DNA of 44,142 bases from a virus (lineage: Duplodnaviria; Caudoviricetes), in the IMG/VR virus record IMGVR_UViG_3300029925_000031; one strand, written 5' to 3'. The translations under genes and the position numbers were made by a program. Under the pieces are notes generated by a model. That model searched no databases. It had not been told where the DNA came from and was given only the letters and a program-made list of their open reading frames with translations. Below, in pieces: positions 1 to 7,759 of this stretch (positions within the stretch are counted from its first letter, which is position 1; each line of letters opens with the position of its first letter).

Positions 1-79
1 TTTTCGTACCGTTAATAATGCTTCCATAATATCATAAGTCCCTTTTTCTGTTTTTAACGGGGTTGTCTGTTTTAATCCT
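1..79. repeat. Terminal 79-nt direct repeat, copy 1 (circular assembly overlap)
   Basis: 1-79 is identical to 44064-44142, and an ORF reads continuously across the junction. Confidence 0.95.
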
Positions 80-525
80 AATGCTTTGGCTATTACAATT
101 AACATATAATATGCAGTCGTTTGAGTTACACATAAATCTTTTGACAGCCAATTAGAATTTATTTCAATGTTAAAACTCCCTAATAAATATGCTGTTCTCC
201 ACCAATATTCAATAGGTAATTTTTGATTTGCTAAATAAGTTCCCGATGTTACTGAGAATTTTTTTAAACATTTCTTACATTTATATCTCCATGTTAAATC
301 AAATTCTTCAATCAAAACTAATCCTTCAATTTCGTAATGTTCATCCGTATTGCCACAATGACTACAATCTATTTCCCATTCATCTGTCCATCTTGTAAAC
401 CATGTAATGACTAAAGCCCATTTATGTGTATATACTCCTACTTCTGAAAATTCAGTATCAATGTCAGATAATTTTGAATTTTCCCATTCTTCAGGAAATA
501 ACCAATATGGTCTTTGGTCTTTCAT
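1..525 (-). CDS. IS1595-transposase-like Zn-ribbon/HTH protein without DDE domain (178 aa; crosses the junction, stop at 44052-44054)
   Basis: Manual translation from ATG 525: MKDQRPYW...DCSHCGN...YKCKKCLKKFSVTSGTYLANQKLPIEYWW...INSNWLSKDLCVTQTTALYML...RKLNK*. Not in the ORF track because it spans the ends. Confidence 0.75.
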   Translation of the reverse strand, partial: MKDQRPYWLFPEEWENSKLSDIDTEFSEVGVYTHKWALVITWFTRWTDEWEIDCSHCGNTDEHYEIEGLVLIEEFDLTWRYKCKKCLKKFSVTSGTYLANQKLPIEYWWRTAYLLGSFNIEINSNWLSKDLCVTQTTAYYMLIVIAKALGLKQTTPLKTEKGTYDIMEALLTVRK

Positions 526-530
526 TTCAT

Positions 531-794
531 TTAAAGTTTAGACATTACTGTTACTGATTTGATTAATTGTAAAAAACTTGTTGCTTGTTTAGGCATGTGG
601 TTTTTTAATCCAACACTATCTCTTAAACTTTCTAAACTTGAATCTGAGCCTGCTATATTCCATTTGTTATTATTATTCAAATAATTTCTTAGGTTTTCAA
701 AGACAGTTTCTTGTCTGGCATCTTGATCTTGATGTTTAAAACAATATATGCCCCAGTTAGTATATACTTTATTATTACAAACCATGCATTTCAT
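531..794 (-). CDS. Hypothetical protein with N-terminal CxxC...CxxH
   Basis: ORF, ATGA overlap with upstream gene. Confidence 0.6.
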   Translation of the reverse strand: MKCMVCNNKVYTNWGIYCFKHQDQDARQETVFENLRNYLNNNNKWNIAGSDSSLESLRDSVGLKNHMPKQATSFLQLIKSVTVMSKL

Positions 795-1033
795 ATCGTT
801 CGTCTTTTAATGTCCTCCTGTAGAAGTTTAGAATAATCATCCCAAAGTTCATGTAAAAAGTTTTTAGCGATTAATATTTTCTTAATGCTGTCTTTTACGG
901 TATTTATCCTATCCTGAAGTGTTTCTTCAAGTGTCAAGTGTTTGTTATTATAAGCCTCTAATCTTGTTTCAAGATCACCCTGCACGCTCTCTAAATAACT
1001 TGTTATAATGACTTTTTCTTTATAGTGTTTCAC
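791..1033 (-). CDS. Hypothetical coiled-coil protein
   Basis: ORF in the replication operon. Confidence 0.55.
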   Translation of the reverse strand: MKHYKEKVIITSYLESVQGDLETRLEAYNNKHLTLEETLQDRINTVKDSIKKILIAKNFLHELWDDYSKLLQEDIKRRTI

Positions 1034-1925
1034 AATATACCTCCTGTCCTAATTTCTTTTCGTAGAATCGGCTTGACTCTGAGTTGTACCACATATTCAC
1101 GCTTCCTCTTTTGCCCACCTCTTCGGGCTTGATCTTTAAGAACCCTATCTCTGATTGATTATGGTGAGGGAATAATCGACCTGTAGGGTTGCCGTGTTCG
1201 TCTATTTCTGTTAGTGGTCGATGTACTATTATTACATTCATAGCTTTGTTAGCGAACGCCTCACCACCTGAAAATTCATACATACTCGGTGCTTTAGGAT
1301 GTGTGCCTCTTTGACCGCTACGATCACTACGGGCATGTGCAGCGATGTTTATATGTACATTATAATCCATTGCAATCCTTCGTATCTCTGTTAGTCTGTC
1401 CTCTAAGTATTTATCTTCTCTGCCCCCGTGTTTCTCAAAGCTATGCCTTAGCTCATTGAAAGGGTCGAGCGTTACGGTGTCAATTTGTTCATTTCTTAAT
1501 ATGGTTTTAACTTCTTTTATAAAGGTGTCTAAATAAAGTTCTTCGTCTTTAAGTTCTAAGATCAGGTATTTATCTTCAAGTTCTGCTGTCCATTTGTAGA
1601 ATTCATCTTTAGTCATAGACTTTTTTTCCATTTCCTTACCCGAATGAATTTTAATCAGTTTATTTAGTACTCTCGGTGCATTACCCGTCTCAGGAGAGAA
1701 GATAATATGCTTCCACCCATATAAGTCAGTTAAGTTTCTAAGGACGTTCATTAAAAGATAAGACTTACCATGTGAACTAAGCCCTCCCCAGTATGTAGTA
1801 GTGCCCTTTAAGACGGTGTAATATTCATCCCAACCAGCCCAACCGACACTTACCCCTCTCGGTAATCCATTGTCGTAGATATACTCTAATTGATCCTTAA
1901 CGGTATGTGTTGTCTGCCAGTTCAT
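1020..1925 (-). CDS. DnaB/T7 gp4-like (SF4) replicative helicase
   Basis: Walker A GLSSHGKS, FSPE motif, Walker B VTLDPF, AAH and motif H4-like FSGG..F..KA; follows the replication initiator. Confidence 0.85.
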   Translation of the reverse strand: MNWQTTHTVKDQLEYIYDNGLPRGVSVGWAGWDEYYTVLKGTTTYWGGLSSHGKSYLLMNVLRNLTDLYGWKHIIFSPETGNAPRVLNKLIKIHSGKEMEKKSMTKDEFYKWTAELEDKYLILELKDEELYLDTFIKEVKTILRNEQIDTVTLDPFNELRHSFEKHGGREDKYLEDRLTEIRRIAMDYNVHINIAAHARSDRSGQRGTHPKAPSMYEFSGGEAFANKAMNVIIVHRPLTEIDEHGNPTGRLFPHHNQSEIGFLKIKPEEVGKRGSVNMWYNSESSRFYEKKLGQEVYCETL

Positions 1926-2629
1926 ATTATTGTTATTTCTGATTTTACCTTTTCCTGTTTTTCATTTAAGTAACTATCAAAATGTTCTACACTAAATAGT
2001 GTTTCTGGTCTTAAATATTTAGCATATTGTGTATTTAGCCAATCCCTGCATTTATTGTCAATTACTTTTTTAAAGTCTTTAACGGTAAATTTTTCTTCTA
2101 ACCTGTCCATTACTAATTGTTGAATATTTCTTGCATGGTAAGAATAATTACTACTTACCTTTTTATTTAAGTAATTTACAATTTCAATTACATATTCACT
2201 TTCATATTCAGAGTTTGCTTGTGGTTTTGCTAAAGCAAATATTTTACCTGTTTGATCACCGCCTTTTTTACCTGATTTTGAGCGTAAAATACTAATCCTA
2301 TTGTCATTTATCATGCGTTTTTGGCATAATTGATCACCATCAAAAGAACACACGTTTTCATCTATTAACTCATCTATTGCATTGCTAATTTCATCAACAG
2401 TATAAGGCAAATGTTTAACAAGTTGATAAGCAAAATTTTTACTTTGCTTATCTGTTTGCTTGTACTTTTGCCTTAGCAAAATAGTACCATAATTTTCTGA
2501 TTTATGCATTAAACACATAATTCCTTTTATATAAATACCATGAGTTGAGGCACTACATTCATTCAGCTTTTCATCTGTCATAATATCTTGCACATATAAT
2601 GGTATATATGGTTGATCTCTAAGTGCCAT
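1922..2629 (-). CDS. Phage replication initiator / replisome organizer
   Basis: N-terminal PYIPLYVQD (DUF1376/YdaU-like) and C-terminal YLRPETLF...FDSYLNE phage domain; internal TTTGCT repeats. Confidence 0.8.
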   Translation of the reverse strand: MALRDQPYIPLYVQDIMTDEKLNECSASTHGIYIKGIMCLMHKSENYGTILLRQKYKQTDKQSKNFAYQLVKHLPYTVDEISNAIDELIDENVCSFDGDQLCQKRMINDNRISILRSKSGKKGGDQTGKIFALAKPQANSEYESEYVIEIVNYLNKKVSSNYSYHARNIQQLVMDRLEEKFTVKDFKKVIDNKCRDWLNTQYAKYLRPETLFSVEHFDSYLNEKQEKVKSEITII

Positions 2630-2667
2630 ATTAACTATTGTTTACTTTTTATAATAAAAAAAGGCAA

Positions 2668-2853
2668 TTATCTTAATTCAACCAATGGCATATTTAAAAT
2701 TTCGGCAATCCTTATATGGTGCTTTTCGGGTATTTCTATACCATTATTAAACCATTGAGTAACTAATGACCGAGTTATGCCTAATTTATCAGCAAGCCAA
2801 ACGTACTTTACGCCCCTTGCATCTAAAATTGATTTGACTTTCTTTTCATTCAT
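2668..2853 (-). CDS. Cro/XRE-family HTH regulator
   Basis: GVKYVWLADKLGITRSLVTQWFN...IAEILN HTH, 61 aa. Confidence 0.85.
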   Translation of the reverse strand: MNEKKVKSILDARGVKYVWLADKLGITRSLVTQWFNNGIEIPEKHHIRIAEILNMPLVELR

Positions 2854-2857
2854 GGCA

Positions 2858-2865
2858 CAAATATA
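2858..2865 (-). promoter_or_regulatory. Bacteroidota -7 promoter box (TATATTTG), 4 nt before the cro ATG
   Basis: Matches the TAnnTTTG consensus. Confidence 0.6.
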
Positions 2866-2975
2866 AACATTAGTTTAATATAACCTAATTCATTTTACTA
2901 ACAATCTGATATACTTATTAACATTAAAATAATTATTAGTTTTTAATAAACAAGAAAAAAATCATTTAATTTTAA

Positions 2976-3083
2976 AAGCACCACTACACCGAATTGTGCT
3001 ACGCAACTAATCGGACGGGTTCGGAGCTTTCTCGTAGCGAGAACCTTATCTCCATTTGGCTCACGTATCTCCCGGTGGTGCTT
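2976..3083. ncRNA. Multi-stem structured RNA element (strand uncertain, probably minus)
   Basis: GC-rich island in an AT-rich intergenic region; AAGCACCAC/GTGGTGCTT closing stem plus CCGA/TCGG, CGGG/CCCG, GGAG/CTCC and TTCTCG/CGAGAA stems. Confidence 0.55.
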
Positions 3084-3333
3084 ATAAGCGTTTAGTTCTT
3101 TCTTTTAACATGGCTTGAGCTAATTGATATGATTTTCTTGATACCATTTGGGCACTATGTTCTTCTTTAGAATTATCAAAATCATAATTTTTATGTGATG
3201 CTATTACTTGCATCGCTTTAGCTGCGAAATAATCTAATAAGGTCATGCCTTCTTGTGCTGAATTGCTTCGCCTTTGAGTGCCAGTAACTTCATTGTCATA
3301 CATTGGTCTGGGAAATGCTTCTGGGTTTTCCAT
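3082..3333 (-). CDS. Conserved phage hypothetical protein
   Basis: AFP...GMTLLDYFAAKAMQ...SYQLAQAMLKER pattern typical of a widespread small phage family. Confidence 0.7.
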   Translation of the reverse strand: MENPEAFPRPMYDNEVTGTQRRSNSAQEGMTLLDYFAAKAMQVIASHKNYDFDNSKEEHSAQMVSRKSYQLAQAMLKERTKRL

Positions 3334-3345
3334 AATTAATTAAGT

Positions 3346-3618
3346 TTAGTTATTAAAGTCCATTTTGGTTTGTATGTAACTTTTTTGTAATTGATACTCA
3401 GCTACTACTTTTCCTGTAGATGTAGTTATAAGGGTTGTTTTTACGTTTATTCCCATATCCCTTATATCCCATATTCTCGCCCCCAACCGGAAACATCCAA
3501 ACATATCAAGGGCTTGTAAAGGGTTTAATGTATTACCTTCTTTAAGATACCAAAGTATCTGAGTAGTCTGTGATGGGTTTTCTTTGTAACGATTTGTTGA
3601 TGTGTCGGATGTTTTCAT
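3346..3618 (-). CDS. Winged-HTH DNA-binding protein (HTH_39-like)
   Basis: ILWYLKEG..LNPLQAL..FGCFRLGARIWDIR..G. Confidence 0.75.
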   Translation of the reverse strand: MKTSDTSTNRYKENPSQTTQILWYLKEGNTLNPLQALDMFGCFRLGARIWDIRDMGINVKTTLITTSTGKVVAEYQLQKSYIQTKMDFNN

Positions 3619-3851
3619 GGTTTAGGTTTAAAGCTCCAGTTATCATATTTAGAAATATATTTTATTGACCTTTGATCTGGCATTTTAATTTCTATTTGTT
3701 CTATTTGCTGTCCTGTTAATCCCTTTTCTTTTAAAAAATCAATGAATAATAAAATCCATGATTGTTGTAGTTCGCCTATTTGCTCTCCATTAGCATCAAA
3801 AGCTACGGTAGTTCCATTTCTAATAAGATATATTGTTACTGGAGTTTTCAT
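3615..3851 (-). CDS. Hypothetical protein
   Basis: ORF, ATGA overlap. Confidence 0.55.
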   Translation of the reverse strand: MKTPVTIYLIRNGTTVAFDANGEQIGELQQSWILLFIDFLKEKGLTGQQIEQIEIKMPDQRSIKYISKYDNWSFKPKP

Positions 3852-3883
3852 AACAGTTATTTTTGGGTTATTTGAATTTAATA

Positions 3884-4489
3884 TTATTGATAATCATATT
3901 GGTTATAAGTTTTGATTTTATCTTTTACCAGTTTAATAGTCTTGTCGATCTCTGAGATGAGTTGTACGTGCATATCTAAGTCGGGTTGAATCCTGAGTAT
4001 AAAAGACTTCATAAATGGATAATAGCTCATAAAATCGCAGTATTTTGCCCCTGTGACCATTAATCCACCCTGAACCTGCCATTTATACTCATTGGGCAGT
4101 TCGTTTCTGCTAATATAATTCAAATGAGTTTTACGGAGAGGGCATTTAATTTCAAGCAATCCATTCTTCATTAATCCGTCAGGTGAATATGCAACCCAAT
4201 CTTCGTAATCATCCAGTAAACAAATCCCGGTTTCTTTTACGTTTCCGACTTCATGTTCATAGGCTTTTCGGGCTTCGGGTTCAAGTTCTTTGCCCTTCTC
4301 CATAATAGCGTTCGAGTAGGCATCTTCGATTTCACCTGTGATTATTTCGCCTGCAAGGTCGGTTATTAAGTCTTTATAGGTAGTTGTACTATCACCTGCC
4401 ATTACTTTTGCGAAACGTGTACCTGTGATCTTGCCTGCTCGTATCGCAAACCAACTCTCGCTACCTTGTTGGATGTCTATTGTCGTCAT
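3884..4489 (-). CDS. YqaJ/lambda-exonuclease family protein
   Basis: QGSESWF..R.G.ITGT, G..LEP.AR, SPDG, LEIKCP, Y.WQVQ. Confidence 0.9.
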   Translation of the reverse strand: MTTIDIQQGSESWFAIRAGKITGTRFAKVMAGDSTTTYKDLITDLAGEIITGEIEDAYSNAIMEKGKELEPEARKAYEHEVGNVKETGICLLDDYEDWVAYSPDGLMKNGLLEIKCPLRKTHLNYISRNELPNEYKWQVQGGLMVTGAKYCDFMSYYPFMKSFILRIQPDLDMHVQLISEIDKTIKLVKDKIKTYNQYDYQ

Positions 4490-4890
4490 TTAGATAATTC
4501 GTTATCAAGATTAAACATAAATTTAATTATCTTTTCACTTGCAGTTTGCCAATCTTCTATCTTTAGTTTATCGGCAACTATCAAATCCTTACAATATGAA
4601 GTTCCCATTGATACATATTTACTCTGCTCCCTTTGTAACGCTTTACCGTAGCTGGATTTAAAAGATTGCTGATAGATGGGTTTCACAACTAAGTAATCGT
4701 TACCTTTCTTTGATGTTCGGGTTTCTTCGGTAAATTCGCATTCCTGTCCTTCGATGAACTTCTTTTGATCTTTTGACTTTGAGGTATAGTAAGCTGTTTT
4801 GTCAAGATACTTTATTTCAAAGCTGTACGTCTTACCGAATTTTCCGTCCCGTTCATCTTTATAGGTTACTTTTTTTATTACTTCTTTCAT
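4486..4890 (-). CDS. Putative single-stranded DNA-binding/annealing protein
   Basis: Beta-rich OB-like N-terminus, adjacent to the exonuclease; inference only. Confidence 0.45.
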   Translation of the reverse strand: MKEVIKKVTYKDERDGKFGKTYSFEIKYLDKTAYYTSKSKDQKKFIEGQECEFTEETRTSKKGNDYLVVKPIYQQSFKSSYGKALQREQSKYVSMGTSYCKDLIVADKLKIEDWQTASEKIIKFMFNLDNELSK

Positions 4891-4901
4891 TGGTTTAGGT
4901 T

Positions 4902-5093
4902 TTAATTAACATCAAAATATTTCATCATTACTCTTAATAGATTATCGTAATCACCTGACTGTGCTTCTTTTTGAATTGCATCCCAATCCATATTATTTTC
5001 TTTTGCTACTTTTGAAGCCCTCGCTAAGATAAAAAAAGCATTGCCATCTTCTCCAATGATGTTTAATTCAGGTTTTGTTTCTGTGTTTTCCAT
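4902..5093 (-). CDS. Conserved small phage protein (probable start MENTE at 5093)
   Basis: GEDGNAFFILARA...A.SGDYDNLL pattern. Confidence 0.65.
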   Translation of the reverse strand: MENTETKPELNIIGEDGNAFFILARASKVAKENNMDWDAIQKEAQSGDYDNLLRVMMKYFDVN

Positions 5094-5106
5094 GATTTTG
5101 ATTAGT

Positions 5107-5355
5107 TTATTTATTTTTAATTGTCTCTTCGGCTTTGTTAAATGCGTTATCAAATTCTTCTTTGGTGCATTCTTTTACTGATTTCTCTTTTATATTTTTA
5201 ATTAAATGATGCTTGATTGTACCGTGATTTTGTAATTCAATTCCAGCGTTTTCTTTTACATCAAGAAACGCTTTCATATATGTTACAATAATCACAGTGT
5301 ATTCATCTATCATTTTCCAATGATGGCAGTTGTCTTTGTAGTATTTTGTTTTCAT
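5107..5355 (-). CDS. Hypothetical protein
   Basis: ORF, ATGA overlap. Confidence 0.55.
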   Translation of the reverse strand: MKTKYYKDNCHHWKMIDEYTVIIVTYMKAFLDVKENAGIELQNHGTIKHHLIKNIKEKSVKECTKEEFDNAFNKAEETIKNK

Positions 5356-5687
5356 TTGATAGGGTTTTCGTAAATATTACCTACGATTTCAATATCTTTT
5401 TGCATTGAATCTACTAAAGATAAAGTTGAATGATAATTTGTTGTTGAATATTGTGCCAATTCATTATCCCAAAATACTTCTGTTGGCATATAATCATTTT
5501 GAAATGAATTAATTAAATCGCCCTCATAAATCTCTTTGCCGTTTTTATCGAGTAGTCCGGTGAATTGATTTATGATAGTACCTTCAATCCTACAGTCCAT
5601 TTTACAGTTCCATTCCGCCCCATCCCAGATGGTAGGGTTATAATCAAACTCGTTTCCATCCCAAGCTCTAAATTTTAGTGTTTTCAT
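5352..5687 (-). CDS. YopX-family protein
   Basis: KFRAWD...QFTGLLDKNGKEIYEGD...EIVGNIYENP. Confidence 0.9.
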   Translation of the reverse strand: MKTLKFRAWDGNEFDYNPTIWDGAEWNCKMDCRIEGTIINQFTGLLDKNGKEIYEGDLINSFQNDYMPTEVFWDNELAQYSTTNYHSTLSLVDSMQKDIEIVGNIYENPIK

Positions 5688-5691
5688 AGTT

Positions 5692-5886
5692 TCATGTTTC
5701 GTTTAAAAAAAGATTGATACAGTTTTCAATACAAAAATAGTCCTCATTGAATTTCTCTGCACAAACTATAGGGATAACTTCTCCGCAATGGTGGCATATT
5801 ACATCTCCACATCTACAGCTATATGCTGTGCGCCCGCAATCGTCACACTCCCTCGAATCTTCTCCCTCTTGCCAGTTATCAGTCAT
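5692..5886 (-). CDS. Small acidic Cys-rich (Zn-binding) protein
   Basis: CDDC, CRC, CHHC and CIENC motifs. Confidence 0.5.
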   Translation of the reverse strand: MTDNWQEGEDSRECDDCGRTAYSCRCGDVICHHCGEVIPIVCAEKFNEDYFCIENCINLFLNET

Positions 5887-6280
5887 TTTCTATGGATTTG
5901 ATTGCTTTTTCAACAGCTTTTCTTATTCTTGTTGTTCCTTTATGAGTATATGGGTATTTAATATAATCCATAACCATTTGACACGCTTCCAACAATTCAT
6001 CCCTCTCCTTCTTAACCTCTTTAAGTTTTTTCCCAAACATAAATCGTTCCTTAACAGCTTCTTTTAAAAGTTTGAGAGTTGATTCATATTGCTCCTTAAC
6101 CTTTGGGTATAGTTTGCCGAGTTCGATAAGGGTGGAAGGATGTTTATCCAGTCCTTCATACGTAGGCGAAGTATCTGTTGGTAAACTTAATCCTTGACTA
6201 TCTTTTTTTTTCCCCATGATTTCTTTATGTATTAATTTACTATTAAAATTATTTGAAAAAATTACCGAGTTATTTTCCAT
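5879..6280 (-). CDS. Hypothetical coiled-coil protein
   Basis: ORF in early region. Confidence 0.5.
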   Translation of the reverse strand: MENNSVIFSNNFNSKLIHKEIMGKKKDSQGLSLPTDTSPTYEGLDKHPSTLIELGKLYPKVKEQYESTLKLLKEAVKERFMFGKKLKEVKKERDELLEACQMVMDYIKYPYTHKGTTRIRKAVEKAIKSIEND

Positions 6281-6449
6281 GATTTCTAAGGGTTAGTTTT
6301 TTTATTTATTAAGTGTATATTTTTATCTGCATAAATCTCAGCTTCTTCATAGGTTTTGAAATCCTTTATGACTTCATCCCATCTGTTTAGAAATATATAT
6401 CCATTATCTGTTTTGAAACAATAAATCCAACTACTTGTAATTTGTTTTT

Positions 6450-6674
6450 TCATTTTATTATTTCTTTAGCTGATTTTAAAACGCTTGTTTCAGTTATTTC
6501 AACACTGTTCATTCCTAAGAATTTAGCCATTTGCTTTGCTTTATATTTTGTTGGGTAAGTAGCTGCTTTATCTAATGTACCATATTCTATCCCAATGCGT
6601 GTAATGCGGTTAAAATAGCTTTTGAGACGATCTGAATATATTACCCATTCTTTCATAGCTTTTAATTTAAACAA
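6450..6674 (-). CDS. Hypothetical early protein
   Basis: ORF. Confidence 0.5.
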   Translation of the reverse strand: MFKLKAMKEWVIYSDRLKSYFNRITRIGIEYGTLDKAATYPTKYKAKQMAKFLGMNSVEITETSVLKSAKEIIK

Positions 6675-6834
6675 ATTTCTATTACTACACCGCAGACTTT
6701 TTCATCCTCGTAAATGGGTATAGTAAAAGTGGGATCAACTATTATATATGGTTTTTTTAGTTTCATTTTGTTAGTGTTAATTTGTGGCTGCAAAGAATAT
6801 TCGCTACGTCTTTACAGCCGACCCCGCTTGGGAC

Positions 6835-7116
6835 TTAGCAGAACCCTTGCGGGGTTGCTTCTTTGATTGCTTCCTTTGCATATTTTTTAATATGGTCTGG
6901 CGTTGATTCCATTTCGACCATATCAATAAGCGTTTTCAACATTTCCGGTGCTGCTGCCATTAGCTTGGCGTTGGCTTTTACTTCTTCGTCTTCGGCATAG
7001 CCATATAGAGAAGTTATATTATTTTGTTTTGCAGGGTCGTCTGCATTGGTGGCAATAATTATTTTTCCGCTTCTGTCTACGATTCCCCATTTTCCTTCTG
7101 TGTGTTTTGTTTTCAT
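6835..7116 (-). CDS. Conserved phage early protein
   Basis: KHT.G.W...ANAKLMAAAPEML motif. Confidence 0.7.
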   Translation of the reverse strand: MKTKHTEGKWGIVDRSGKIIIATNADDPAKQNNITSLYGYAEDEEVKANAKLMAAAPEMLKTLIDMVEMESTPDHIKKYAKEAIKEATPQGFC

Positions 7117-7177
7117 GGTGCTAAGTTTTGGTTTCTCGGTTTGCCGAGCCAGTGTTCCTGTTCCTTATACGTATTTG

Positions 7178-7192
7178 GTAACAAAGGGTTAC
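7178..7192. promoter_or_regulatory. Putative operator GTAAC-N5-GTTAC (copy 1)
   Basis: GTAACAAAGGGTTAC palindrome; second copy at 7429. Confidence 0.5.
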
Positions 7193-7210
7193 ATTTGATT
7201 TCAAAAAAAA

Positions 7211-7414
7211 TTACACCCAACCCCCTTTTATCTTCTTATATCCCCTGTTAATAAGCTCAAATGTCATTAGACGGTCTGATAATTTGCCCTTAGGCAATCT
7301 ATGCCTCCATTCCTTACGTAAATCCACACCCATATCGTCAAAATCATTAAGCATATTCTCGAAAGCCCTCTCTATTGTCATGGGTTTTATAAGTACTTTT
7401 TTCATTTCAATCAT
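7211..7414 (-). CDS. Small putative DNA-binding (Cro-like) protein, first early gene
   Basis: 67 aa, basic and helical, flanked by two palindromic operators; inference. Confidence 0.45.
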   Translation of the reverse strand: MIEMKKVLIKPMTIERAFENMLNDFDDMGVDLRKEWRHRLPKGKLSDRLMTFELINRGYKKIKGGWV

Positions 7415-7428
7415 TTTAACGCAACAAA

Positions 7429-7443
7429 GTAACGAAAGGTTAC
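7429..7443. promoter_or_regulatory. Putative operator GTAAC-N5-GTTAC (copy 2)
   Basis: GTAACGAAAGGTTAC just upstream of the 7414 start. Confidence 0.5.
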
Positions 7444-7529
7444 AATAGCATCCAAATTTATTTGCAATAAAAATGATTTATTTTTCAACAATGTGAGGGA
7501 AACACTGATATTAAAGGAAAGTTAAAATG

Positions 7530-7625
7530 AAAAAACCCCCTATAATTTCTTATAGAGGGTTAGAAGCGCACAAACCCGTCCCCATACAGACAAGAGCCCT
7601 GCCAACATTTGGCGGGGTTTCTTGT
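7530..7625 (-). ncRNA. Putative ~95-nt small RNA with its own promoter and intrinsic terminator
   Basis: -7 box TATCTTTG (7629-7636); 5' hairpin at 7590-7625; terminator AACCCTCTATAA-GAAA-TTATAGGGGGTT-TTTT at 7530-7561. Confidence 0.6.
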
Positions 7626-7759
7626 TTGCAAAGATACAAATAATTCTAAAATACGCAAGTCTAAAATTTGGCATACTATTTGAAGGTATAAAGACGAAGC
7701 CGCAAAGTGCGCTAACACCTTACGGCCTCTAAGTACAAGTTACCTTAATAACTCGTACC

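Noticed and set aside
1-79. 79-nt end repeat as a physical terminal repeat of the virion DNA
   Set aside because: It falls in the middle of an ORF and its length fits an assembler k-mer overlap; it shows circularity only
2976-3083. Hammerhead ribozyme
   Set aside because: No CUGANGA core on either strand
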